Positions 37,343-48,120 are shown, numbered from the stretch's first letter. The stretch is 64,000 nucleotides of DNA from Candidatus Aminicenantes bacterium (GCA_963813235.1 CAWEYF010000029.1:1782-65781), one strand, 5' to 3'. Notes: a model not told the origin generated them from the sequence alone. Numbers and translations are program-made.

Positions 37343-39772
37343 TCAGGCCTCCTTCTCGGATTCGGCCTGGAACTTCCTCCATCCCCGAGCCAGGCGGCGG
37401 AGCTCGGCGTCGACGAGGGCGTTCACGGTCCCTTCTTCGAACGTCCCGTCCTCCCGGGCCGAGCCGGCCTCGATCCCTGTCAGGATCTCGATCCCCTCGT
37501 CGATGGCCGAGACCGGGTAGACGTGGAACGTCCCCGCGGCGACGGCCTCGACGACGTCCCTCCGGAGCATCAGGTCCTGGACGTTGCGCCGCGGGATGAT
37601 CACGCCCTGGTTCCCCGTGAGCCCGCGGGACCGGCAGACGTCGAAGAAGCCCTCGATCTTTTCGTTGACGCCGCCGATGGGCTGGATCTCTCCCTTCTGG
37701 TTGAGGGAGCCGGTGACGGCAAGGTCCTGGCGGAGGGGAACCCGGGACAGGGAGGACAGGATGGCGTAGACCTCGGTGGAGGAGGCGCTGTCCCCGTCGA
37801 CGCCCGAATAGGATTGCTCGAAGGCCAGCGAGGCGGACAGGGCGAACGGCTTTTCCTGGGCGTATTTCCCCCGCAGGTAGCCGCCCAGGATGAGGACTCC
37901 CTTGTTGTGGGTGCTCCCGCTCATGTCCGCTTCGCGCTCGATGTTGATGACCCCGGCCCGGCCCATGGCCGTCCGGGCGGTGATCCGGGTGGGTTTCCCG
38001 AACATGAACTGGCCCGTATCGTAGACCGAGAGGCCGTTGACCTGGCCGACGACCGCCCCCGCGGTGTCGATCATCAGCGTCCCTTCCTCGATCATCTCCT
38101 GGATCTTGTCCTCGATGAGGCTGACCCGCTCGAACCGTTCCAGCACGGCCTTCTCGACGTCGTCCCGGCCGACGGCCGTCCGGCCTTCCTTCCGGGCCCA
38201 GTAGCTCGCCTCGCGGACGACGTCCGCGATGATGTGGAAACGGGTCGAGATCTTCTTCCGGCGGCCGGCGACGCGCGCCCCGTATTCGAGGATGGCCGCG
38301 ACCCCGTCCCTGCCGAAGGGGACGAGCCGGTCGTCGTCGCAGATCTTCTTGATGAACCGGGCGTACTCGGCGGCGGTCGCTTCCGTCCGCGTCATCTCCG
38401 CGTCGAACTCGGCCTTGATCTTGAAGATCTTCTTGAAGTCCTCGTCGGCGGAGTAGAGGAGGTTGTAGACGTAGGAGTCGCCGATCATGACGACCTTGAC
38501 GTTGCAGGGGATGGGCTCGGGCTTGAGCCGCGAGGTCGCGAACAGGAACATCGCGGCGAAGTTCTGGATCTCGAAGATCTGGTTCCGGAGGGTCCTCTTC
38601 AGGGTCGCCCAGACGCCCGGCTCGACGAGGGCGTCGAGAGCGTTGAGGACGAGGTAGCCGCCGTTGGCCTTGAGAAAGGAGCCGGCCTTGATGCGGGTGA
38701 AGTCCGTCTGGCCGACGCCGTAGGGGCGGGTGAGGACGGACTCGATCGAGCCGAAGAGATTCATGTAATTCGGGTTCGTCTCGATGACGACCGGGGCGCC
38801 CTTCTGGTCGGAGTTGTCCACGAGGAGGTTGACCCGGTATTCGAGGAACGGGTCCCCCGGATCCTTCTCCGCCTCGTCCTTTTTCTGGTTCTTGAAGAGG
38901 TCGATCGTCCGGACCAGGTTCTCCTCGACCTGGCCGAGGTAGTCGTTGATCCGGGGAGAGGCGAACGACGCCCGGACCTCGTCGACGCCGCCCTTGATGA
39001 CGGGCGTGATCGCCTCGACGTCCCAGTCCCGGAGCAGGGTCCGGGTCTCTTCGTCGGTCTCCTTGAGGAATTCGAAGACGGCCTCGAGCCGGACGGTCAG
39101 CTTTTCGTAGCCCGCCCGGAGCTCGTCCACGGTCTTCCTGTCGAGCTTCTTCTCTTTGACCAGGGCTTCCAGCTTGGCGAAGGGCACGGGGACCCCGTCC
39201 ATGACGGGGATGAGGTCCGGCCTGGTGAACAGGCCCATCTGGACCTGGATGACGGAGAAGCCCATCCCGGCGGCCTCCTCCTCGAAGGATTGGAGCCTTT
39301 CCTTCTGCTTCTTCTGCTGCCGCTCGACGATCTGGTCCCGTTTTTCGGAGTAATATTTGCTCTTCAGGAGGGCCGGGACATTCGCCCGGAGCATCTCGAT
39401 GAGCCGGTCCATGGCCTTGCCGAAGAGCTTCCCTCGGCCGGCGGGGAGCTCCAGGAGGAGCGGCTCGTCGGGATATTTGAAATTGTTGACGTAAAGGATG
39501 TCATCGGGGGGCGTTTCGCCTTTTTCCAGCTGTTCGAGCAGCCGCTTGACGGTCGTCGTCCGGCCTGTCCCCACCATGCCGGTGATGAAGATGTTATAGC
39601 CGAGGCTTGTGATGTCGAGGCCGGTCTGGATGGCCTTGAGGGCCCGCTCCTGGCCGATGATCTCGTCGCAATAAGGGCATTCGGAGGTCGTCTGAAAGGG
39701 GACGTCTTCGGGGGGGCACGTCCAGCGCAGGTCGTCGGGGGACAGCTCCGGGAATCCGCTCTTCGTCTTCAT
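37343..39772 (-). CDS. Lon-like protease (LonB/LonC-type) with a degenerate Walker A and a large helical insertion
   Basis: The ATG at 39772 is preceded by GAGGAG (alternative TTG at 39811). Walker-A-like GMVGTGRTT (Arg where Lys is expected), a ~350-aa insertion, and a Lon proteolytic domain with GVDGDSASST (Ser) and NQKGEIQPIGGVNEKIEGF (Lys). Confidence 0.82.
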   Translation of the reverse strand: MKTKSGFPELSPDDLRWTCPPEDVPFQTTSECPYCDEIIGQERALKAIQTGLDITSLGYNIFITGMVGTGRTTTVKRLLEQLEKGETPPDDILYVNNFKYPDEPLLLELPAGRGKLFGKAMDRLIEMLRANVPALLKSKYYSEKRDQIVERQQKKQKERLQSFEEEAAGMGFSVIQVQMGLFTRPDLIPVMDGVPVPFAKLEALVKEKKLDRKTVDELRAGYEKLTVRLEAVFEFLKETDEETRTLLRDWDVEAITPVIKGGVDEVRASFASPRINDYLGQVEENLVRTIDLFKNQKKDEAEKDPGDPFLEYRVNLLVDNSDQKGAPVVIETNPNYMNLFGSIESVLTRPYGVGQTDFTRIKAGSFLKANGGYLVLNALDALVEPGVWATLKRTLRNQIFEIQNFAAMFLFATSRLKPEPIPCNVKVVMIGDSYVYNLLYSADEDFKKIFKIKAEFDAEMTRTEATAAEYARFIKKICDDDRLVPFGRDGVAAILEYGARVAGRRKKISTRFHIIADVVREASYWARKEGRTAVGRDDVEKAVLERFERVSLIEDKIQEMIEEGTLMIDTAGAVVGQVNGLSVYDTGQFMFGKPTRITARTAMGRAGVINIEREADMSGSTHNKGVLILGGYLRGKYAQEKPFALSASLAFEQSYSGVDGDSASSTEVYAILSSLSRVPLRQDLAVTGSLNQKGEIQPIGGVNEKIEGFFDVCRSRGLTGNQGVIIPRRNVQDLMLRRDVVEAVAAGTFHVYPVSAIDEGIEILTGIEAGSAREDGTFEEGTVNALVDAELRRLARGWRKFQAESEKEA

Positions 39773-39928
39773 GGGCGTCTCCTCAACAAAGGGCTTAATC
39801 GGGGTTCCCAATTATTATCACATAATTCCGGTCCCGGCAAGCCGGGCCCGTCCCGGGTCACCGGGGAACTTTCGCGTGCAAGTCCGGCCGGGTTTTGTTA
39901 GAATTGTCCGAAGTTCGAAGGAGGGCGC

Positions 39929-41066
39929 GTGAGCGAAGTCCGGATCGATACGGTCGCGTCGAGAAGGGACCTCAAGCGGTTCATCCGGTTCCCCTGGAAG
40001 GTCTATCCAGGGGATCCGAACTGGGTCCCGCCTCTCCTCGTGGAGATGAAGGCGAAGCTCGACAGGGCGAAGAACCCGTTCTTCGAGCATGCCGAGATGC
40101 GGCTGTTCCTGGCCCGCCGGGGGAAGGAGACCACGGGGAGGGTCGCGGCGGTCATCGACGAGAGCCATAATCGGGTCCACGGGGAGAAGGTGGTCTTCTT
40201 CGGCTTCTATGAGAGTCTGAACCGACCCGGCGACGGCCCGGGCCCTTCTTGACGCCGTCGCGGCCTGGGGCGCCGCGCGGGGGATGGACGTCGTCCGGGG
40301 GCCGATGAACCTGTCCATGAACGACGAGTGCGCGTTCCTGGTCGAAGGGTTCGACTCTCCGCCGACGATCATGATGCCCTACAATCCGAAGTACTACCTC
40401 GACCTGATGGAGTCCTGCGGCATGGCCAAGGCCAAGGACCTTTTCGCCTTCCGTATGAGCCGCGACCACGCGGTCGCCGCCAAGGTCGCGGCCATTGTCG
40501 AGCGCTCCCAGAAGGAGATCCCGTTCACGCTCCGCCTCGCCGACATGAAGCACCTGGAACGGGAAGCGGAGACGGTGGCCCTGGTGTACAACAGCGGCTG
40601 GGAGAAGAACTGGGGATTCGTGCCTTGGACCGTGAACGAGATGAGGCACATGGCGAAACAGCTGAAGCAGATGGCCGATCCCGAGCTCGTCATTTTCGCC
40701 GAGCGGGACGGGAAGCCGGCCGGTTTCGCCCTGGGACTTCCCAACTACAACGAGATCCTCCGGGGCATCGACGGGCGCCTGTTCCCGTTCGGGTTCATCA
40801 AGCTCATGCTCAACCGTTCGAAGATCAAGGGGATGCGCGCCGCCGTCTTCGGCCTCATGCCCGAGTTCCGCCAGACCGGGTTGAGCTACCTCCTCTATGC
40901 CGAGCTCGAGAAGCGGGCCATTCGGCGAGGCTACGAATGGGGGGAGCTGTCCTGGCAGCTCGAGGACAACGAGGCCATCAATCGGTTCGCCGCCTCCATC
41001 GGGGCCCGGCTCTACAAAAGGTACAGGATCTACGAGCGCAAGATTGCCCCGCGCCCCCCGTTATGA
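39929..41066 (+). CDS. GNAT-like acyltransferase family protein (one frame change at ~40222)
   Basis: GTG start after AAGGAGG. The N-terminal ORF 39929-40252 and ORF 40284-41066 join as ...FYESLN/DPATARALLDAVAAWGAARGMDVVRGPMN. This resembles a conserved ~380-aa family usually annotated as N-acetyltransferase. Confidence 0.65.
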
Positions 41067-41119
41067 ATGGGGCCGCGGTCAGGACCCTCCCCCTTGGAAA
41101 TTGGGGTCGGGCTCAGACT

Positions 41120-41225
41120 CCCCCCTTTGTAAAAGGGGGGCTGGGGGGAATGAATACCCCCTTTGTAAAAGGGGGGTTGGGGGGGAATGAATACCCCCCT
41201 TTGTAAAAGGGGGGCTGGGGGGATT
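41120..41225. repeat. Tandem 37-bp palindromic/G-tract repeat, 2.8 copies
   Basis: The unit is C(5-7)TTTGTAAAAG6(C/T)TG(6-7)AATGAATA, at 41120-41156, 41157-41193 and 41194-~41225. Each unit contains a 9-bp hairpin, CCCCCCTTT-GTA-AAAGGGGGG. Confidence 0.85.
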
Positions 41226-41291
41226 TATGGACATCCGCCCGGAAACCGGATAAGATAAGGGCCGGATCCGAGGATCCCCGGAGGAGGAGCC

Positions 41292-41762
41292 ATGAAGAGC
41301 TATCAAGGAACGCTTCAAGCCAAGGGCCTGAAGATCGCGATCGTGGTGAGCCGGTTCAACCAGTTCATCTCGGAGCGCCTGCTCGAGGGGGCGCTGGACG
41401 CCCTCCGCAAGCTCGGGGCCGCCGAGGCGGACCTCTCCGTCTACAAGGTCCCCGGCTCGTTCGAGGTCCCGCTCATCGTCAAGAAGATCGCCGCGTCCGG
41501 GAAGGCGGACGGCATCCTCGGCCTGGGGGCCCTCATCCGCGGGGACACGCCCCATTTCGATTTCCTGGGCGCCGAGGTCACCAAGGGGCTGGCCCAAGTC
41601 GCCCTGGATGAAGGGGTCCCGGTCTCGTTCGGCATCCTGACCGTGGACACCATCGAGCAGGGTATCGAGCGGGCGGGGGCCAAGGCCGGCAACAAGGGCT
41701 ACGACGCCGCGTTCGCCCTCGTCGAGACCCTGACCCTGCTCAGGGATTCCGGCCTCAAGTGA
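41292..41762 (+). CDS. ribH: 6,7-dimethyl-8-ribityllumazine synthase
   Basis: 156 aa. [24 protein letters not shown]...[10 protein letters not shown]...[13 protein letters not shown] matches RibH. Confidence 0.93.
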   Translation: MKSYQGTLQAKGLKIAIVVSRFNQFISERLLEGALDALRKLGAAEADLSVYKVPGSFEVPLIVKKIAASGKADGILGLGALIRGDTPHFDFLGAEVTKGLAQVALDEGVPVSFGILTVDTIEQGIERAGAKAGNKGYDAAFALVETLTLLRDSGLK

Positions 41763-41783
41763 CGGGGGACCGGGGCGCTGACG

Positions 41784-42299
41784 ATGGGGAATCGCAGGAA
41801 GGCCCGGGAGTCCGCCCTCCGGCTCCTGTTCCAGCTGGAGTTCAACGCGACCGACCCCGAGGACCTCATCCGCGGATACTGGGAGCACCAGAAGGCCGCT
41901 GACGACGTCCGGGAGTATGCCACGTGGCTCGTCCGGGGCATCCGGGCCGGGCAGGAGGAGGTCGACGGCGCCATTCAAGCCGCTTCCGAGCACTGGCGCA
42001 TCGCCCGCATGGCCGTCGTCGACCGGAACATCCTGAGGATCGCCGTCTTCGAGATGCTCAGCGCGAAGACCCTCGTCCCGGCGATCGTCATCAACGAGGC
42101 CATCGAGATCGCCAAGAGATACAGCGGGGAGGAAGCCTCCGTGTTCATCAACGGGATCCTGGACGCCGTCCGGAAAGCGCTCGGGGCCGGGAAGAGACCG
42201 CCCGGCGAAGCCGGAGCTGAAACAGACAAAGAAGGGACACATGGACGAAAAAGAAGAAAAGCCGGACCGGCCGTCGTCCGGGACGGCGAAGGAAGCTAA
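41784..42299 (+). CDS. nusB: Transcription antitermination factor NusB (with a C-terminal extension overlapping lysS)
   Basis: 171 aa. RRKARESALRLLFQLEF...DRNILRIAVFEM...VVINEAIEIAKRY...FINGILD matches NusB. The last ~35 residues are non-conserved and overlap the lysS start by 59 nt. Confidence 0.88.
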   Translation: MGNRRKARESALRLLFQLEFNATDPEDLIRGYWEHQKAADDVREYATWLVRGIRAGQEEVDGAIQAASEHWRIARMAVVDRNILRIAVFEMLSAKTLVPAIVINEAIEIAKRYSGEEASVFINGILDAVRKALGAGKRPPGEAGAETDKEGTHGRKRRKAGPAVVRDGEGS

Positions 42300-43770
42300 G
42301 CTCGGCGACCAGGACCTCGCCCGGCGCGAAAAGCTCCGCAGGCTCGCCGAGGCCGGCGTGGAACTCTTCCCGCACAGGGTCGACTGGACCCACTCCGTCG
42401 CGGGCATCGTCGCGGAATTTACGATGCTCCCCAAGGAGGAGCTCGAGCTGAAGAAGCTCGCCGTGAGGGTCCCGGGGAGGATCCTGACCGTCCGGAAGAT
42501 GGGGCGGGCCACGTTCTTCCACATCTCGGACGGCCGCTCCCGGCTCCAGGTCTACATCCGGGAGGACGTCGCGGGGCCGGAAGCCTACGAGAGGTTCGCG
42601 CTCCTCGACATCGGGGACGTCGTCCTCGTCGCCGGGACGCTCTTCAAGACGAGGACGGGCGAGCTCACGGTCCTCTGCGCGTCCTGGACGTTCCTGGCCA
42701 AGTGCCTCCACCCGCTCCCGGAGAAATGGCACGGGCTTCAGGACATCGAGCTCCGCTACCGCAAGCGTTACCTCGACCTCATCATGAATCCCGAGGTCGG
42801 CCAGGTCTTCCGGCTGAGGAGCGCGCTCGTGGCCCATATGCGGAGGTTCTTTGACGACCGGGGCTACATCGAGGTCGAGACGCCCATGATGCACGTCGTT
42901 CCCGGGGGGGCGATCGCCCGGCCGTTCAAGACCTTTCACAACGCCCTGGGCATGGACCTCTACCTCAGGGTCGCTCCCGAGCTCTACCTGAAACGCCTCA
43001 CCGTCGGCGGGTTCGACCGCGTCTATGAGATCAACCGGAACTTCCGGAACGAGGGCGTCGACTCGGAGCATAACCCCGAATTCACGATGATCGAGTGGTA
43101 TCAGGCCTATAGCGATTACGAGGACATGATGGATCTCACCGAGGTGCTCCTGAACCACCTGAGCCTGACCATCCTGGGAAAGGACGAGCTCCCGTTCGGC
43201 GAGCACCTGATCTCCTTCAAGAGGCCCTGGAAGCGGCTGAAGTTCAAGGACGCCGTCGTCCAATACAGCGGCCTGGCCCCCTCCCGTTTCGAGGACGAGA
43301 AGGGGATCATCGCGACGGCGACGGCCTTGGCGCCGGACAAGAAGCCGGCGAGCTACGCCAAGGCCCTGGCCGTCATCTTCGACAAGTTCGTCCAGCCGAA
43401 GATCGTTCAGCCGACCTTCGTCATCAACCCGCCGAAGGAGGTTTCGCCCCTGGCCAAGTCGGTCCCGGACGCCCCGGGCGAAGCCGCCCGTTTCGAGCTG
43501 ATGATCGCCGGGATGGAGATCGCCAACGCTTTCTCCGAGCTCACCGACCCCGCCGAGCAGAGGGCCCGGTTCGAACAGCAGGCGGAAGAGAGGAAGAAGG
43601 GGGACGAAGAGTCCCACCGGATCGACGCGGACTACGTCGAGGCCCTCGAGTACGGCCTGCCGCCCACGGGCGGCGAAGGGATCGGCATCGACCGCCTGGC
43701 CATGATCTTCGCGAACAGGACGTCCATCCGGGACGTCATCCTGTTCCCGCTGCTCAAGCCGAAGGCCTGA
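42241..43770 (+). CDS. lysS: Lysine--tRNA ligase (class II)
   Basis: 509 aa. GRILTVRKMGRATFFHISDG, IEVETPMMH, YEINRNFRNEG, FELMIAGMEIANAFSELTDP and GLPPTGGEGIGIDRL. Confidence 0.95.
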   Translation: MDEKEEKPDRPSSGTAKEAKLGDQDLARREKLRRLAEAGVELFPHRVDWTHSVAGIVAEFTMLPKEELELKKLAVRVPGRILTVRKMGRATFFHISDGRSRLQVYIREDVAGPEAYERFALLDIGDVVLVAGTLFKTRTGELTVLCASWTFLAKCLHPLPEKWHGLQDIELRYRKRYLDLIMNPEVGQVFRLRSALVAHMRRFFDDRGYIEVETPMMHVVPGGAIARPFKTFHNALGMDLYLRVAPELYLKRLTVGGFDRVYEINRNFRNEGVDSEHNPEFTMIEWYQAYSDYEDMMDLTEVLLNHLSLTILGKDELPFGEHLISFKRPWKRLKFKDAVVQYSGLAPSRFEDEKGIIATATALAPDKKPASYAKALAVIFDKFVQPKIVQPTFVINPPKEVSPLAKSVPDAPGEAARFELMIAGMEIANAFSELTDPAEQRARFEQQAEERKKGDEESHRIDADYVEALEYGLPPTGGEGIGIDRLAMIFANRTSIRDVILFPLLKPKA

Positions 43771-43787
43771 GACCGTAGGGGGACGGG

Positions 43788-45005
43788 ATGCGTTTCGAGC
43801 TGTTCGTCGCGAAGAGATACCTGACCGCGAAGCGCAAGCAGGCGTTCATCTCCGTCATCACCCTCATCTCCGTCCTCGGCATCGCGATCGGCGTCATGGC
43901 CCTCGTCATCGCCATCGCCCTCATCACCGGCTTCCAGGAGGACGTCCAGGACAAGATCCTGGGAGCGACGTCGCACATCATGGTCTCCGACCTGTCGGGC
44001 GAAGGCCTCCGGGACTACGGGGACGTCGCCGCCAAGATCGCCGGGATCAGGGGCGTGGTCTCGGTCACGCCCGTCGTCTACAGCCAGGTCCTGGTCAACG
44101 GCCCGTCCCGAAGCTCGGGCGCCCTGCTCAAGGGCATCGATCTCGGGCGGGAGGCGGCGGGCTCGGCTTGGCTGCGCAAGCTGGAGTCCGGCCGCCTGCC
44201 GGAACCCGGGCCCCAGGAAGGGCTCCTCCTGGGCCGGGAGCTTGCCTTCGCCATCGGGGCCGGCCCCGGAGACGCCGTCACCCTCCTGACGACGGCCTCC
44301 CGGCTGTCGCCGGTGGGGCTGTTCCCCAAGACCCGACGGTTCAGGGTCTCCGGGATCTTCAACACCGGACTGTACGAGTTCGATTCGTCGACGGCCCTGG
44401 CCTCCCTCGAGGCGGCCCAGAAGTTCCTGGGCTCCGAGGGGAGGATCACTTACCTCCAGATCAAGCTGGCGGACATCTTCGAGGCCGGCCGCGTCGCGGA
44501 CCGGATCAAGGAGGTCATCCCCCCCGTCGCCTACGTGACGACCTGGATGGAGCTCAACAAGTCGCTCTTCTCGGCCCTCAAGCTCGAGAAGAACATCATG
44601 TTCCTGACGATCACCCTGATCGTCTTCGTGGCGGCCCTCAACATCATCGCCACCCTCATCCTGATGGTCATGGAGAAGACCCGCGACATCGGCATCCTCA
44701 TGGCCATGGGGGCGACCGCCCGGAACATCCGGCGCATCTTTTTCTTCCAGGGGGCCCTGATCGGGGTCGTGGGGACCTCCCTGGGCGTCGCCCTCGGCCT
44801 CGGGTGGTGCTGGCTGGCCAACACCTTCCGCCTGATCCGGATCCCGGTCGACATCTATCAGATCTCGTTCGTCCCCTTCCGGCTGAGGGCGCTGGACCTG
44901 GCCCTGATCGTCGGGGTCAGCCTCGCCATCAGCTTCGTTTCCACGCTGTTCCCGTCCCGCAGGGCGTCCAAGACCGACCCGGTCGTCGCCTTGAAATATG
45001 AGTGA
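43788..45005 (+). CDS. lolC: Lipoprotein-releasing system permease LolC/LolE
   Basis: 405 aa. FELFVAKRYLTAKRKQAFISVITLISVLGIAIGV and a C-terminal FtsX domain. lolD lies immediately downstream. Confidence 0.85.
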   Translation: MRFELFVAKRYLTAKRKQAFISVITLISVLGIAIGVMALVIAIALITGFQEDVQDKILGATSHIMVSDLSGEGLRDYGDVAAKIAGIRGVVSVTPVVYSQVLVNGPSRSSGALLKGIDLGREAAGSAWLRKLESGRLPEPGPQEGLLLGRELAFAIGAGPGDAVTLLTTASRLSPVGLFPKTRRFRVSGIFNTGLYEFDSSTALASLEAAQKFLGSEGRITYLQIKLADIFEAGRVADRIKEVIPPVAYVTTWMELNKSLFSALKLEKNIMFLTITLIVFVAALNIIATLILMVMEKTRDIGILMAMGATARNIRRIFFFQGALIGVVGTSLGVALGLGWCWLANTFRLIRIPVDIYQISFVPFRLRALDLALIVGVSLAISFVSTLFPSRRASKTDPVVALKYE

Positions 45006-45693
45006 CATCATCCTGAAGGCCGAAGGATCTGGCCAAGGCCTACCCCCTGCCCAAGGGCGAGCTCCGCGTCTTTGAGAACATCGACTTCGAGCTCGAGAGG
45101 GGGGATCTGGCCGCGATCATGGGGGTCTCCGGGGTCGGCAAGACCACCCTGCTCAACCTCCTGGGCGCCCTCGACCGGCCGACGTCCGGCCGGGTCTGGC
45201 TCGACGGCGAGGACCTCCGGACGCTGCCGGAAGCCGGGCTCTCGGCCTTGAGGAACGCGAAGATCGGCTTCGTATTCCAGTTCTTCCACCTCCTGCCCGA
45301 ATTCACCGCCCTGGAGAACGTCGCCTTCCCCCTCCTCATCCGCGGGACGGGGAGGCGGGAGGCGTCGGCCCGGGCCCGCGAGATGCTCGGGGAGGTCTCC
45401 TCGGCGACAAGGCCGATTTCCGCCCCGGACAGCTCTCGGGCGGGGAACAACAGAGGGTGGCCGTGGCCCGGGCCCTGATAAATGAACCCAAGGTGCTCCT
45501 GGCCGACGAGCCGACCGGGAACCTGGACGCGAAGACCGGGGAGATGGTCCTCGAGATCATCCTGGAGCTCCACCGGAAGAGGGGGCTCTCCTCGGTCGTC
45601 GTCACCCATAACGAGAGGATCGCAGGCCGCTGCCACAAGGTCTTCGTCATGGAAGCGGGGGCCCTGAAACCAATCCCGTCCCCCGAGCGTTAG
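44998..45693 (+). CDS. lolD: Lipoprotein-releasing system ATP-binding protein LolD (compensated frame changes at ~45025 and ~45395)
   Basis: The ATG overlaps the lolC stop. Walker [14 protein letters not shown]-loop, signature [15 protein letters not shown] and Walker [13 protein letters not shown] are recovered by going from frame 1 to frame 2 and back to frame 1. Confidence 0.88.
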
Positions 45694-45775
45694 AATATCC
45701 GCAGTCCCCGTCCGTTCCGGCCGGCGGACGGTCCAATGGACACGCGAGACCAGGATATGGTATAAGGATAGGAAC

Positions 45776-48080
45776 ATGAAGAAGCTATTGCCGGCCCTCC
45801 TGTTGGCCCTCCTCCCCCTGGCAGCCTTCGCCCAGGAGACGGTGGAGAGGATCGAGATCGTCGGGAACGATCGTGTGACCAAGGAGACCATCCTCTATTA
45901 CCTGTCGGCCCGGGAAGGCGATTATTTCAACGAGGAACTCCTCAAGAGGGACTTCCGCGTCCTCTGGTCGACCGGGTTCTTCGCCAACGTCCGGATCGAG
46001 CGGGCCGAGGGGACCAAGGGAAAGATCATCCGGATCGTCGTCGAGGAGAACCCGGTCATCAAGACCGTGGTCTATAAGACCGGGAAGAAGGTCAAGGAAG
46101 ACGACATCGTCAACAAGCTCAAGGAGAAGGACGAGTACATCCTCCCGTATTCCTACTACAGCCCCGCCAAGGTCCAGAAGATCAAGAGGACGATCGGCGA
46201 CCTCCTCGCCGAGAAGGGGCTCCAGGCCGCCAAGATCGACACCGAGGTCGCCCGGAAGGGCAAGAACGAGGTCGACCTGACGTTCCGGATCGACGAGGGG
46301 CCCAAGGTCCGCGTCGGGGAGGTCGTGTTCGAAGGCCGGTCGAAGCTCCCGGAGAGCGCCCTCCGGGAGGCCATGAAGGACAACAAGACACACAACGTCC
46401 TGTCCTGGATCGGCGGCAAGGACGTCTTCAAGCAGAACAAGATCCCCGACGACGTGGAGCTCATCAAGAAGAGGTTCCAGGAGAACGGCTACATGGAGGC
46501 CACGGTCGGCGAGCCCCGGATCGAGACGATCGAGAAACGGACGATCTTCTTCCGGAAGCAGAAGATGATGCGACTCGTCATCCCGGTCCACGCCGGCTAC
46601 CTCTACCGGGTCGGCGAGATCAAGGTCGAGGGCAACAAGGCCGTCAACGGGAAATACCTGAGGAGCCTCGTCAAGCTCGAGAAAGGCCAGGTCTACAGCA
46701 CCCAGGTTCGCGAAAAGGCCATCGAGAAGATGGGGGAGACCTACCGCGACGGGGGCTATCTCTACGCCCAGGTCGCACCGGTCGAGAGCCTCGACCCCAA
46801 GCGCAAGGTCGTCAACGTCACTTTCAACGTCTACGAAGGGGAGGTCGCCTTCCTCCACAGGCTGGAGTTCAGGGGCAACAACTACACCAAGGACAAGGTC
46901 ATCCGCCGGGAGATGCTCATCCGGGAAGGCGACCGCTTCAGCCTGGCCTACTTCAAGGACAGCATCCTCCGGATCAAGCAGCTCGGGCTCGTCGACCTCG
47001 AGAAGGAGCCCGACATCAAGCCCAATCCCGAAGATCCCGCCCAGATCGACGTCCAGGTCAACGTCAAGGAGCTCCAGAGGAACAACATCCAGTTCACCGC
47101 GGGCTACAGCGGGTACGAGGGGACCTTCGTGGCCCTGAGCTATTCGACGGTCAACTTCCTGGGGGCGGGGGAGACCCTGGAATTCATGGTCCAGACCGGG
47201 AAGCGGGTCAAGAATTATTCGTTCGGGTTCACCGAGCCCTACCTCTTCGACCAGCCGATCACGCTGGGTTTCAATGTCTTCGACCGCAGGATCGACTATC
47301 CCTATCTTTACAATCAGAAGAGCCGGGGGGCCGACCTGACGATCGGCGCCAGGCTCTTCGGATACTGGCGGGCCAACGTCACGTATAGCTATCAGAACGT
47401 CAACGTCAGCGTGCCTCGCGGACAGCGCGTACTATGGCTATTATTCCGGGTCCATGTTCGGCGTCGGGAACTACAATATCAGCTCGATCGAGCCGCTCCT
47501 CTACCGTTCGACGGTCGACAGCCCGCTGACCCCCACGCGCGGGACGATGTGCTCCCTGTCGTTCAAGTTCGCCGGCTCGTTCCTCGGCGGCGAGATCAGC
47601 CTTTACCGGCCGAGGCTCGAGTTCGCCCATTTCCAGCCGTTCATCGCCAACCACGTGATCGGCCTCCACATGGAATACCAGTATGTCAAGCCCCTGAAGG
47701 GGTCTTCGCTCCCGTTCTGGGAGAAGTTCTATCTCGGCGGCGAGCGCTCCATCCGGGGCTACGAGATCTATACGATCGGCCCCCGAAGCTCCACGGGAGC
47801 GATCCTCGGCGGCGACAAGTCCTTCGTCCTCAACGCGGAATACATCATCCCCATCGGCGGGCCGCTCTGGGTGATCCTGTTCTACGACATGGGAAACTCC
47901 CTCGCGGCCGGCCAGAAGTTCAGCCTGAAGGGCATGTACACGTCGGCGGGCCTGGAGGCCCGGGTCTTCGTCCCGGCCCTGAGGGTTCCGTTCCGGCTGA
48001 TTTTCGCGTATAATAACCCGAAGATCTACGGCGACGAATCGAATTTCGCGTTCCGCTTCGCGGTCGGCACCACGTTTTAG
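45776..48080 (+). CDS. bamA: Outer membrane protein assembly factor BamA (one frame change at ~47415)
   Basis: Signal peptide, five POTRA-like repeats (IEIVGNDRVTKETILYYL..., VGEVVFEGRS..., VGEIKVEGNK..., LEFRGNNYTKDKVIRREM...), and a C-terminal Omp85 barrel in ORF 47454-48080 that ends FAVGTTF. Confidence 0.92.
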
Positions 48081-48120
48081 CGTGCCTCGCGATAGACAAA
48101 GAACAGAGGAGGCTTTTGCG

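Noticed and set aside
37343-39772. The Lon-like protease as BrxL, i.e. part of a BREX or other defence island.
   Set aside because: There is no methyltransferase, PglZ, BrxA/B/C or other defence gene nearby. The neighbours are rluB and an acyltransferase, and the architecture fits LonB/LonC-type housekeeping-like proteases.
41120-41225. CRISPR array.
   Set aside because: The 37-bp units are directly contiguous with no spacers. There are only 2.8 copies and no cas genes in the window.
41226-41291. FMN riboswitch upstream of ribH.
   Set aside because: The 66-nt leader lacks the conserved FMN-element core sequences as I recall them and is too short. Only ribH is present here, not a rib operon.
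47408-48091. The 13-mer AGCGTGCCTCGCG occurs at the bamA frameshift site (47408-47420) and again overlapping the bamA stop (48079-48091).
   Set aside because: In 64 kb of GC-rich DNA, tens of exact 13-mer pairs are expected by chance. The flanks do not extend the match. The segment between them is genuine BamA barrel sequence, not a duplication.
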